Part shown: positions 30,044-41,097 of the stretch, one piece after another
Position numbering within the stretch: the first letter of the stretch is position 1
Layout of the letters: every line of letters begins with the position of its first letter
DNA from: Minisyncoccota bacterium
Lineage (GTDB): Bacteria; Patescibacteriota; Minisyncoccia; Phycocordibacterales; UBA2100
Reading direction: 5' to 3'
NCBI GenBank assembly: GCA_965267345.1
Contig: OZ253947.1
Location: 72,662 to 136,661 of the forward strand
Length of the DNA: 64,000 nucleotides
Translations under genes and position numbers: made by a program
Notes under the pieces: generated by a model
The model's database searches: none
The model's input: the letters and a program-made list of their open reading frames with translations, nothing else
What the model was told of the DNA's origin: nothing

Positions 30044-30663
30044 ATCAGCTACAGGCACACATTTCATCTCGTACACCATGTCGACGTCGACAGGGTGGTT
30101 TTACTGTCATTGAGCTGATTGTTGTCGTTGGTATTGTTGTCACCATTTCAAGTATTGTGCTGGCCAGCTACTCGCAGTTCGGCGGCACCGTGTTGTTGCG
30201 TAACCTTGCCTACGACGTTGCATTGTCGGTACGTGAAGCACAGATTTTCGGTATTTCAGCACGCAGCTTTGGTGGCGTGGAATTTGCGGCAGGACACGGT
30301 GTGTACTTTGACTTACAGGAGACCAACAGGAGCTTTACCTTATTTACCGATGCGAACGAAGACGGCGTCTACACCTCAGCCGGCAGCGAGTGGGTCGAGA
30401 CGTATAATCTGGGGCAGGGGTACCTTATTGAGCGTATCTGTGTACCGGATGGTGAGACGGAAGATTGCTTGGTGACTGATTTGAGTATTCTCTTTAAGCG
30501 ACCGGAGCCGGACGCTATCATTCGCGCGTCGTTTGGCTCAGGGTTTTCGCAGTATGAGCGTGCGCGCATTGTGGTGATGTCGCCGCGTGAAGACCGCATG
30601 AGCATACTGGTGGAAGCAGCCGGTCAGATATCAGTCCAGCGGTATACCCTTGATGATGAATAG
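30040..30663 (+). CDS. Minor pilin
   Basis: GFTVIELIVVV class III signal. Confidence 0.88.
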   Translation: MNQLQAHISSRTPCRRRQGGFTVIELIVVVGIVVTISSIVLASYSQFGGTVLLRNLAYDVALSVREAQIFGISARSFGGVEFAAGHGVYFDLQETNRSFTLFTDANEDGVYTSAGSEWVETYNLGQGYLIERICVPDGETEDCLVTDLSILFKRPEPDAIIRASFGSGFSQYERARIVVMSPREDRMSILVEAAGQISVQRYTLDDE

Positions 30664-31279
30664 CATGAATACACAACGCGGATTTACCTTGGTTGAGATG
30701 CTCGTGGCAGTGTCGCTTTTTGCCGTGGTTATGACAATCAGCATCGGAGCGCTCTTGTCGCTGATTGATGCGAACCGCAAAGCACAGGCTCTGCAGTCGG
30801 TGATGAACAACCTCAACGTCGCACTCGACGGTATGGTGCGTAACATTCGCATGGGGCATACGTATCACTGTGGGTCAGCAAATGAGACAAATAAGACGAC
30901 GCTCAGTACCGCTACTGACTGTACCCTCGGCGGCGGTTTAGTTGCCTTTGAGTCATTCGGCGGCTCGAGTGCTTCGACGGCCGACCAGTGGGTGTACTGG
31001 TTTGCAAACGGTCGTCTCTACAAATCAGAGGATGCACGTGATACGGCCCTCCCGATTACCGCACCGGAAATTAACATTGATTCATTTGAAGTGTTCGTGA
31101 CGGGTGCACAGGAGACACTCAGTGATGACGGAGAAACACTGCAGCCAAAAGTAGTGATTGTCGTGCAGGGGACAGCTGCTGCTGAAGGAGATACCTTTGG
31201 GGTGATTGGGACCAATGAAAAAATACGTACGATATTTAATATTCAGGCAGTCGCGTCACAGCGATTACTCGATCTGTAG
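30650..31279 (+). CDS. Minor pilin
   Basis: GFTLVEMLVAV class III signal. Confidence 0.88.
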   Translation: MMMNSMNTQRGFTLVEMLVAVSLFAVVMTISIGALLSLIDANRKAQALQSVMNNLNVALDGMVRNIRMGHTYHCGSANETNKTTLSTATDCTLGGGLVAFESFGGSSASTADQWVYWFANGRLYKSEDARDTALPITAPEINIDSFEVFVTGAQETLSDDGETLQPKVVIVVQGTAAAEGDTFGVIGTNEKIRTIFNIQAVASQRLLDL

Positions 31280-31282
31280 TCT

Positions 31283-31816
31283 ATGCAGCGCACGTACACA
31301 CCACGCCACCATATTCGCGGCTTCACACTCATCGAAACACTGGTTGCAATCAGTATCTTGGTCGTGGCAGTTGCAGCGCCGCTGACGCTGGCGTCACAGA
31401 GCCTCTTTGCGGCGCTCTACGCCAAAGACCAGACCACCGCATTCTATCTGGCACAGGAAGCTGTTGAAATGGTGCGGAACAAGCGTGATCAAAACCTACT
31501 GGCGTACCTGAACGACGGCACCACTGATTGGCTCGCCGGTATTCCCACCGATTCTGCACTGCACGTTGATGTGCCGAATGACACGATGGTCGCGTGTGTT
31601 GGCGACTGCTTGGACACGAAGCTATTGCACAACGACTCGTTTTATAATCACGAAGCGGGGGAGGCAACGCGCTTTAGCCGCAGCGTGCGCGTGACGCCAA
31701 ATGAGGAACTTGAAGGCGAAGCAACCATTACGGTGATGGTGCAGTGGCAGACAGGTTCATTCCAAGAGCGTACCTTTACCCTCGAAGAGCGCATCTATAA
31801 CTGGCTTCCAAATTAG
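31283..31816 (+). CDS. Minor pilin (PilV-like)
   Basis: GFTLIETLVAI; A.YLAQEAVE motif. Confidence 0.88.
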   Translation: MQRTYTPRHHIRGFTLIETLVAISILVVAVAAPLTLASQSLFAALYAKDQTTAFYLAQEAVEMVRNKRDQNLLAYLNDGTTDWLAGIPTDSALHVDVPNDTMVACVGDCLDTKLLHNDSFYNHEAGEATRFSRSVRVTPNEELEGEATITVMVQWQTGSFQERTFTLEERIYNWLPN

Positions 31817-31817
31817 T

Positions 31818-32324
31818 ATGCACACACGATTCACACCCACCAATCGCGGATTCACATTGTTGCTTGCAGCACTGGTTGCGTCGCTGCTCTCAGCACTTGG
31901 GCTGGCAATGTTCGGCATCGCACAGAAGGAGGTGGTGCTCTCGGCCTTGGGTCGTGACTCGCAGCTTGCATTTTATGCTGCAGACACCGGTGCCGAGTGT
32001 GCACTCTTCTGGGATTTTAAGTATCAGGCATTTGCAACGAGCAGCGTCTACACATCGACATCGACGCCCGCCACCTGTGCCGAGCAAGATTTGCAGGATT
32101 TTCCCACGCCGTGGGAAAACGGTTTTCCTGACGGTGTTGCCGGCCTCGGTGGAAGTGACCAGACTACCTTCTGGTTTGAACCCGACGGCTACTGTGTGTA
32201 CGTAACGGTGACAAAGCGCGACACGGCACCATTTACGGTTGTCGAAGCGCTGGGCTACAGTCGTCCGTGTGACCAACCCGACCACCCGCGACGTCTCGAG
32301 CGCGCCGTGCGCACCACCTTTTAG
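31818..32324 (+). CDS. PilX-like minor pilin
   Basis: GFTLLLA (no Glu5); AFYAADTGAECA motif. Confidence 0.82.
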   Translation: MHTRFTPTNRGFTLLLAALVASLLSALGLAMFGIAQKEVVLSALGRDSQLAFYAADTGAECALFWDFKYQAFATSSVYTSTSTPATCAEQDLQDFPTPWENGFPDGVAGLGGSDQTTFWFEPDGYCVYVTVTKRDTAPFTVVEALGYSRPCDQPDHPRRLERAVRTTF

Positions 32325-32333
32325 CGAGTGTAG

Positions 32334-34662
<2,329 letters not shown>

Positions 34663-34663
34663 T

Positions 34664-36085
34664 ATGGACACACGCACCCTCACACTTGCACAGGCGCGAA
34701 CACTGCTCGACACCAAAGAGGTATCAGCACGCGAGTTGTGTGATGCGTACCTCGCACGCATTGCCGAGCGCAACGACGAGCTCAACGCCTATCTTGAAGT
34801 ATTCGATGATGCAGCTGCGGCCGCGGAGGAGGCTGACGCGCGTATCGCGCGCGGCGAACAAACGCCACTGACAGGCATCCCACTGGCAATCAAAGACAAC
34901 ATTCTCATCCACGGTAAGCGAGCAACGTCAGCGTCGCGCATGTTGGAACAGTACACTGCGGCATACGAGGCAACGGCAATCGCACGACTCAAGGAGCAAG
35001 GAAGTGTATTTCTTGGACGCACAAATATGGATGAGTTTGCACTCGGTAGTTCGACAGAGAACTCAGCGTACGGACCGACGCGTAATCCTCATGACGAGAC
35101 GCGCGTACCAGGGGGCTCATCAGGCGGTTCAGCTGCTGCGGTGGCCGACGGCCTTGCGCTGGCAGCACTCGGCTCAGACACTGGCGGCTCAATTCGCCAG
35201 CCGGCGGCGCTCTGTGGACTGGTTGGCTTCAAACCGTCATACGGTGCGGTGTCGCGGTACGGTCTCATGGCTGCAGCCTCTAGTTTTGATCAGATTGGAC
35301 CGCTGGCGCGCACGGTTACCGACGCCGAGCAGCTCTTTACTGCGATACAGGGAGCAGACGAGCACGACGCGACCTCAATTGCGGACTACGCACGGACACC
35401 GGCAGGGACGCAGCGTATTGGTGTCCCGCGCGCATTTCTCACTGAGGGTGTTGATGGGGACGTCGTTGCCGCATTTGATACGCACCTTGAAGCACTTGCA
35501 CGCGCAGGGTACGACATTGTCGATATCGAACTTCCGTCGATTGCCTACAGCCTTGCGGCGTACTACATCATTAACCCAGCTGAGGTATCAACGAACCTCG
35601 CGCGATTTGATGGTGTACGGTACGGATTACGTGTAGCAGGAGATTCGCTCGCCGATGACTACATGCAATCACGCGGGCAAGGCTTTGGCGCCGAAGTGCG
35701 TCGTCGTATCCTCACGGGAACATTCGTGCTCTCGTCAGGCTACGCAGATGCCTACTATCGAAAAGCTGCCGCTGTGCGGAATGTTATGCGCGATGAATTT
35801 GCCCGCGTGCATGCCGACATTGATGCAATTGCAACACCGACGAGTCCGACGCCCGCATTTGCTCTCGGCGAAAAAACAGACGACCCCGTTGCGATGTATG
35901 CGGCCGATCGCTTCACGGTACCCGTGAACCTCGCGGGTGTGCCCGCACTCTCGGTGCCAATGGGTACGGTAGAGCGCGAGGGCACCGCACTGCCAATCGG
36001 CATGCAGTTTATCGGCGCGTACGGTACTGACACACACCTCTTTGCGCTCGGACGCGAATTTGAGAAGATGCGAACAGAGCTATGA
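34664..36085 (+). CDS. gatA: Asp/Glu-tRNA amidotransferase subunit A
   Basis: IKDN, PGGSSGGS, GSDTGGSIRQPA and RFDGVRYG motifs. Confidence 0.97.
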   Translation: MDTRTLTLAQARTLLDTKEVSARELCDAYLARIAERNDELNAYLEVFDDAAAAAEEADARIARGEQTPLTGIPLAIKDNILIHGKRATSASRMLEQYTAAYEATAIARLKEQGSVFLGRTNMDEFALGSSTENSAYGPTRNPHDETRVPGGSSGGSAAAVADGLALAALGSDTGGSIRQPAALCGLVGFKPSYGAVSRYGLMAAASSFDQIGPLARTVTDAEQLFTAIQGADEHDATSIADYARTPAGTQRIGVPRAFLTEGVDGDVVAAFDTHLEALARAGYDIVDIELPSIAYSLAAYYIINPAEVSTNLARFDGVRYGLRVAGDSLADDYMQSRGQGFGAEVRRRILTGTFVLSSGYADAYYRKAAAVRNVMRDEFARVHADIDAIATPTSPTPAFALGEKTDDPVAMYAADRFTVPVNLAGVPALSVPMGTVEREGTALPIGMQFIGAYGTDTHLFALGREFEKMRTEL

Positions 36086-36729
36086 ACCCAACACCGGTGA
36101 ACACACAGGCGCTGCCCACGTTCGATACACCAATTGAAGGTGGTCGTGCCGAAGTGGTGCAGCCCACGCAAGAGACGGCAGTATCGTCGTTTGACGTACC
36201 ATGGGATATTTTCACCAGCGCGTGGATTAACTTCTTTCTCGTCGCGCTGATTGTGTCGGTAGTGTTTGCGATCATTACACTGTATGCGCGCTTTCGTCTG
36301 TACCAGATACGTAGTGCGGAAGCGGAGTACTACACAAACCAGCCGCTGTCATCTGCTGCACGGAAAGTGTTGCAAATTGAAGAGGCGGCGAGTATGGCCG
36401 GCGGTGCACACGAAGCGCGGTGGCGTGATGTACTGCGCCTTGCCGATTCAGCACAGCCAAATGATTGGCGACAGGCTATTGTCGAAGCTGACATCATGCT
36501 CGAAGATGCAATAACGCAGAAAGGATATCAGGGCGAGTCGCTCGGTGAGAAAATGAAAACGGTACGTCGCAGCGAGGTGAATACAATTGATGGCGCATGG
36601 GAGGCGCACAAGATGCGCAACCGCATTGCGCACGAAGGAGCGGCAATGGAACTGTCGCAGCGTGAAGTGAAGCGCATCATTGCGCTGTTTGAACGCACGC
36701 TGCGTGAACTCGATTACATTTTCGCATAA
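36082..36729 (+). CDS. Conserved membrane-anchored hypothetical protein
   Basis: One TM; WRQAIVEAD..GE.LGEKMK..AWEAHKMRNRIAHE (RxxxxH, HEPN-like pattern). Confidence 0.75.
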   Translation: MNPTPVNTQALPTFDTPIEGGRAEVVQPTQETAVSSFDVPWDIFTSAWINFFLVALIVSVVFAIITLYARFRLYQIRSAEAEYYTNQPLSSAARKVLQIEEAASMAGGAHEARWRDVLRLADSAQPNDWRQAIVEADIMLEDAITQKGYQGESLGEKMKTVRRSEVNTIDGAWEAHKMRNRIAHEGAAMELSQREVKRIIALFERTLRELDYIFA

Positions 36730-36767
36730 GTTTTACCCGACGAGCGCTTTATGCTATAGTGCGCCGC

Positions 36768-36839
36768 AGCGGGGTGGAGGAGTAGTAACTCGCCGGGCTC
36801 ATAACCCGGAGATCGCTGGTGCAATTCCAGCCCCCGCAA
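36768..36839 (+). tRNA. Initiator tRNA-fMet (CAT)
   Basis: Unpaired 1:72, three G-C pairs closing the anticodon stem; T-loop TGCAATT. Confidence 0.9.
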
Positions 36840-36886
36840 CAAGTACACATAACGCCACACAATTTTGTGTGGCGTTATGTGTTACT

Positions 36887-37043
36887 GGTGCGCGGGGAGC
36901 AAGGCACCTGCGTGCCTTGCGTCTGGAAGTGCAAGGCGGAGCCATGTCTGAACGAAGTGAAGACGGGCGAGCCCGGACAGGAGCCACTTATCCTGAGTGC
37001 ACGAAGGATTAGTGAGCTGACGTCAATTCCAGCCCCCGCAACA
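36887..37043 (+). mobile_element. tRNA-fMet-associated element A
   Basis: Inverted CTGGAAGTGCA at 36923-36933; core; direct repeat 37024-37043 equals 36822-36841. Confidence 0.75.
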
Positions 37044-37046
37044 CGT

Positions 37047-37084
37047 AATGTAAAACACCACGCGACCACGTGGTGTTTTACATT
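37047..37084. terminator. Hairpin between convergent tRNA units
   Basis: AATGTAAAACACCACG..CGTGGTGTTTTACATT. Confidence 0.7.
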
Positions 37085-37160
37085 GGTGCCGAGGGACGGG
37101 ATCGAACCGTCGACCTTAGGTTTATGAGTCCTACGCTCTAACCAACTGAGCTACCTCGGC
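37084..37160 (-). tRNA. tRNA with CAT anticodon (probably elongator Met)
   Basis: GCCGAGG acceptor, CT-CAT-AA loop, encoded CCA. Confidence 0.9.
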
Positions 37161-37318
37161 AATGCACGTATGCGCACAACGATACCAATTTCACGCGCTG
37201 CTTTCAATAAAAATACACTTGTGCACACCATAGTGTCGTGTGCGCAAACAGATACGCCATGAACATGTATACTTGAAGTAGGTCGAGCACATTACTCACT
37301 CCTTACGCATTTTTGTTT

Positions 37319-37528
37319 ATGGCAACACGCAAAACAGCAAAAAAGCGAACGACCGCGAAGCGCAAGCCTGCAGCACGTAAGCGCGTCGCGAAAAAGACAG
37401 CGCGCAAGACGACAGCAAAGAAGCGCACGACCGCGAAGCGCAAACCTGCAGCAAAGAAGAAAACGACTACAAAGCGCAAAGTGGCACGTAAGACGACGTC
37501 ACGCAAGAAAGCAACACGTCGTCGCTAG
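37319..37528 (+). CDS. Histone H1-like Lys/Arg/Ala/Thr-rich protein
   Basis: AKKRTTAKRKPAA repeated twice; own -10 TATACT and terminator at 37544-37574. Confidence 0.8.
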   Translation: MATRKTAKKRTTAKRKPAARKRVAKKTARKTTAKKRTTAKRKPAAKKKTTTKRKVARKTTSRKKATRRR

Positions 37529-37622
37529 GACGACGTGTGCTCACGAAAAACCCGCTGACAGAGCGGGTTTTTCGTTTGAGAAAGTGGCAACTTTTAAATA
37601 TCCTGTTAGAATAGCGCCTGTT

Positions 37623-37697
37623 GCGGACGTAGCTCAACTTGGTTAGAGCACCCGCCTGTCACGCGGGAGGTTGCGGGTTCAAGTCCCGTCGTTCGCG
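37623..37697 (+). tRNA. tRNA-Asp (GTC)
   Basis: CCCGC-CTGTCAC-GCGGG anticodon arm, G73. Confidence 0.95.
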
Positions 37698-37750
37698 CAT
37701 AAACTCAGTGTAGTCCCGACCCGAGAGGGTTGGGGCTTTACTGATTTACA

Positions 37751-37891
37751 GCGAGGTGGGACTTGAAAGACGGAGCCGGTATACAAGACAAAGCGTAGCG
37801 AAGTGCTTGTCGGCGAGTCCGGGCAGGAGCCACTTATCCTGAGTGCACGAAGGATTAGTGAGCTGACGCCACGTCCCGTCGTTCGCGCATA
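37751..37891 (+). mobile_element. tRNA-Asp-associated element B
   Basis: Inverted GGGACTTGAA at 37758-37767; 45 bp identical to element A; direct copy at 37870-37891. Confidence 0.75.
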
Positions 37892-37987
37892 CAACAGTTA
37901 GACCCCGTGCGGTAGCACTGGGGTTTTACTGTTTTAGCGACAAAGTGGGGCGTTTCTCGGTGCACAAAACATGCTACTATACATGCA

Positions 37988-38122
37988 ATGAACATCGCGG
38001 AATTTTTCAATACACTCGTTGCACTTGCCGCGAAAGCCATCACGCTCTTTTTAGAGTTTCTGCTGGCAATTTTTGCCTTTTTCATCACCCTCATCCAAGG
38101 ACTGCTTAGCTTTCTCTCGTAA
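37988..38122 (+). CDS. 44-aa hydrophobic small protein (below ORF-track cut-off)
   Basis: MNIAEFFNTLVALAAKAITLFLEFLLAIFAFFITLIQGLLSFLS*; ends 2 nt before the next gene. Confidence 0.6.
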   Translation: MNIAEFFNTLVALAAKAITLFLEFLLAIFAFFITLIQGLLSFLS

Positions 38123-38124
38123 GT

Positions 38125-38730
38125 ATGTCACATAGTTTTACACGTCAGCAGTGGGTGATTCTCATCTTTTCGCTTAGCTACCTGTGTGCATTCACTGCCT
38201 ACTATCTGGTGAGCGCAAACTACGAATTCCTGTGGTATGTCGCGGTGATGGTATTCTTTTTCGCGCTCCTCATCGGCACACTCCGCTCTTCGCAGTTCAC
38301 GCCGTTGATTTTATGGGGGCTCTCAGTATGGGGACTGCTCCACATGGCTGGAGGCAGCATTCCCGTGGGTGATACGGTCCTGTATGGGGTGCAGCTTATC
38401 GATATCGTCAGTGACGGCGGCGAGTTTGTCATTCTTAAGTACGACCAATTCGTGCACGCATTTGGCTTTGGTGTCACGACACTCGTTGCGTATCACTTGA
38501 TGGCGCCACGCTGGCGTGAGGGTGCATCGCACGGACTACTGCTTGCACTGTGTGTGGCAATTGGTATGGGACTCGGCGCAGTAAACGAAATTGTTGAGTT
38601 TATCGCGGTCGTCGCGATCAGTGAAACGGGCGTGGGCGGATACTTCAATACGTCACTCGACCTCGTCTTCAACGCGCTTGGAGCGCTTGGTGCTGCCGGC
38701 ATACTCGCGTACCGACACAAAGCGAGATAG
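38125..38730 (+). CDS. DUF2238-like inner membrane protein
   Basis: LHMAGG, YDQFVHAFG, NEIVEF and NT.LDL motifs. Confidence 0.8.
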   Translation: MSHSFTRQQWVILIFSLSYLCAFTAYYLVSANYEFLWYVAVMVFFFALLIGTLRSSQFTPLILWGLSVWGLLHMAGGSIPVGDTVLYGVQLIDIVSDGGEFVILKYDQFVHAFGFGVTTLVAYHLMAPRWREGASHGLLLALCVAIGMGLGAVNEIVEFIAVVAISETGVGGYFNTSLDLVFNALGALGAAGILAYRHKAR

Positions 38731-38770
38731 TTTGCGCTCACCACCAAACATTGTAAGATACAGCGCACGT

Positions 38771-38843
38771 GCCGGGATAGCTCAGTTGGTAGAGCGCACC
38801 CATGGTAAGGGTGAGGTCACGGGTTCGAATCCCGTTCCTGGCT
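38771..38843 (+). tRNA. tRNA-Thr (GGT)
   Basis: CACCC-ATGGTAA-GGGTG anticodon arm. Confidence 0.95.
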
Positions 38844-38854
38844 CACGCAGGCGA

Positions 38855-39013
38855 TGAGCCAAGTGAGGAGGAAAGCAGGCACACTGCTTTGCCTGCGTCG
38901 GGATGCGAAAAGCGCAGTCATGTCTGAGCATTGCGAAGACAGACGAGCTCGGGCAGGAGCCACTTAGCGCGTAGCGCTTAGTGAGCTGACGCCGAATCCC
39001 GTTCCTGGCTCCA
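38855..39013 (+). mobile_element. tRNA-Thr-associated element C
   Basis: Inverted CGGGATGCGAA at 38899-38909; core; direct repeat 38993-39011 equals 38826-38844. Confidence 0.75.
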
Positions 39014-39015
39014 GC

Positions 39016-39088
39016 GCCACCGTAGCTCAGTTGGTAGAGCAATACATTCGTAACGTATAGGTCGGAGGTTCGAGTCCTCTCGGTGGCT
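39016..39088 (+). tRNA. tRNA-Thr (CGT)
   Basis: GCCACCG/CGGTGGC acceptor, TT-CGT-AA loop. Confidence 0.93.
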
Positions 39089-39090
39089 CA

Positions 39091-39447
39091 ATGAATTTTG
39101 AACGCGAACGTCAAGAGAATTCACTTGAGAAGGCACTGCGCGCGTTTTCGTTTCAACGTACCAGCAATGGTGGCATGCTCGCATATCGCGATGCTCTCCG
39201 AGACATCGGCCTCGTGCAAGCCATATTTTGGGAGGAGCTTAGTCAACGCCCAGGAGCGATGGTGACTTTTGACACCTGCCGCCACCTCGTGGGCGACAGC
39301 GCGGCAGGGCGAAGGGTTCACAACAATCTCGTCAGAACGAATATGCGCTTTTTGAGTCAGGTGGTGAAAGATATAAGCGCGGGAAAAGTCGATGTGCGCG
39401 AGGAGCCAAAGGTCGGGTATCGACTCGTGCTCACTGATGTAGAATAG
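39091..39447 (+). CDS. Orphan hypothetical protein immediately after tRNA-Thr
   Basis: 118-aa ORF; no recognised motif. Confidence 0.5.
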   Translation: MNFERERQENSLEKALRAFSFQRTSNGGMLAYRDALRDIGLVQAIFWEELSQRPGAMVTFDTCRHLVGDSAAGRRVHNNLVRTNMRFLSQVVKDISAGKVDVREEPKVGYRLVLTDVE

Positions 39448-39482
39448 CGCTTGTACGCTAACAACAGAAAAATACTTTGCCG

Positions 39483-40337
39483 ATGAATAACGAAAAGGTA
39501 CAAAAACGCATTGCAGCTATTGAAGCGGCAATGGCACAGCCGGACTTTTGGAACAATCCGGCACAGGCACAGCAACGCATAAAAGAAATGCAGGAACTTA
39601 AAGACGAGCTTGCAGGCGTGGGGAAGTACGACCGTGGGAATGCCATCATCAGTATTCTCTCAGGTGCAGGCGGGAGTGATGCCGAGGATTTTTCGGCGAT
39701 GCTCTTTCACATGTACCGGAAGTTTGTTGAGAGTCGTGGTTGGAAAGCACACATTCTCGACGAAAGTAGCACTTCGGCAGGGTATCGCAGCATTTCGTTT
39801 GAAGTTGAGGGAAAGAATGTCTACGGTACGCTCAAACATGAATCAGGGGTGCATCGCCTCGTGCGCATCAGTCCGTTTAATGCACAAGGAAAGCGGCAAA
39901 CGTCATTTTCCCTCGTTGAAGTACTTCCTGAGTTGCCATCGACTGAGGACATCGAGCTTTCAGATGCTGATCTTGAGATTAGCTTCGCTCGTTCAGGCGG
40001 CGCCGGTGGGCAGAATGTGAATAAGGTGGAAACGGCAGTGCGCATTACCCACATCCCGAGCGGTATAACAGTAAAGTGTACTGCGGAGCGCAGTCAGGCG
40101 CAGAATAAAGAGAAAGCTATGGAGATACTGCGCGGTAAGCTCTACCGTAAACAGGAAGACGATCGCGAAAAGGAAGCGCAAGGACTGTCGGTATCGAAAG
40201 ACACAAAAATTGAATGGGGGAGCCAAATTCGCTCATACGTGCTGCATCCGTACCAGAAGGTTAAAGACCATCGCACCGACGTTGAAACAGCAAATGTCGA
40301 CGCAGTGCTCGGTGGCGACCTGTCAGTGTTTCTTTAA
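39483..40337 (+). CDS. prfB: Peptide chain release factor 2 (compact form)
   Basis: SPF tripeptide, GGQ and [10 protein letters not shown] motifs. Confidence 0.92.
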   Translation: MNNEKVQKRIAAIEAAMAQPDFWNNPAQAQQRIKEMQELKDELAGVGKYDRGNAIISILSGAGGSDAEDFSAMLFHMYRKFVESRGWKAHILDESSTSAGYRSISFEVEGKNVYGTLKHESGVHRLVRISPFNAQGKRQTSFSLVEVLPELPSTEDIELSDADLEISFARSGGAGGQNVNKVETAVRITHIPSGITVKCTAERSQAQNKEKAMEILRGKLYRKQEDDREKEAQGLSVSKDTKIEWGSQIRSYVLHPYQKVKDHRTDVETANVDAVLGGDLSVFL

Positions 40338-40405
40338 ATACGCGGGTCCTATTTGGTGTGTCTTTTGACTCGGGGTATAATTGTGTCCGTAGTTGCTCAC
40401 ACACG

Positions 40406-41086
40406 ATGATTTACTTCGACAAAGTATCAAAGTTCTACAACGACGGTCCAGCAGCTCTGGACGACGTCACTCTTTCAATTGAGCCGGGCGAGTTTGTGTC
40501 GGTGGTTGGCCACTCGGGTGCCGGCAAGTCGACACTCATTAAAATGATTCTTGCGGCAGAGGTTCCGAGTGAGGGAACGGTCTTCTTTGAATCGAATGAT
40601 ATTGCGCGTTTGCGCAAACGCGAGCTCAACCTGCTTCGCCGCAACATTGGCACTGTGTTTCAGGATTTCCGCTTGCTGCCGAGCAAGACGGTATTTGAAA
40701 ACATCGCATTTGCCATGGAGGCAGCCGGCAAACACGAGGAAGACATTATTGCAGACGTGCCTCACGTACTCGATTTGGTTGATCTGGCGGAAAAAATGGA
40801 TAATTTCCCGCGCGAGCTCTCCGGTGGTGAGCAGCAGCGCATTGCCATTGCGCGCGCCATCGTGAATCAGCCGGCCGTTATTGTTGCCGATGAGCCGACG
40901 GGAAACCTCGACCCCATCAGTACGTACGAGGTCGTACAGATTCTGAAGAAAATTAATGACCTTGGCACAACCGTGATTCTTACCACGCACAACAAAGGGG
41001 TGATCGACAGCCTTGGCAAGCGCGTTATTACTATGGATGAAGGCCGTGTCATTCGTGACGATCAGAGCGGTCGCTACATTCTCTAA
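40406..41086 (+). CDS. ftsE: Cell division ABC ATPase FtsE
   Basis: GHSGAGKST, VFQDFRLL, LSGGEQQR and ADEPTGNLD motifs. Confidence 0.93.
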   Translation: MIYFDKVSKFYNDGPAALDDVTLSIEPGEFVSVVGHSGAGKSTLIKMILAAEVPSEGTVFFESNDIARLRKRELNLLRRNIGTVFQDFRLLPSKTVFENIAFAMEAAGKHEEDIIADVPHVLDLVDLAEKMDNFPRELSGGEQQRIAIARAIVNQPAVIVADEPTGNLDPISTYEVVQILKKINDLGTTVILTTHNKGVIDSLGKRVITMDEGRVIRDDQSGRYIL

Positions 41087-41097
41087 GTTCTTTTACT

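Noticed and set aside
36822-39013. Prophage or integrative-island attL/attR pairs, or tRNA introns
   Set aside because: Intervals are only 167-202 bp with no integrase; the upstream tRNAs are already complete; target-specific inverted arms are not an att feature.
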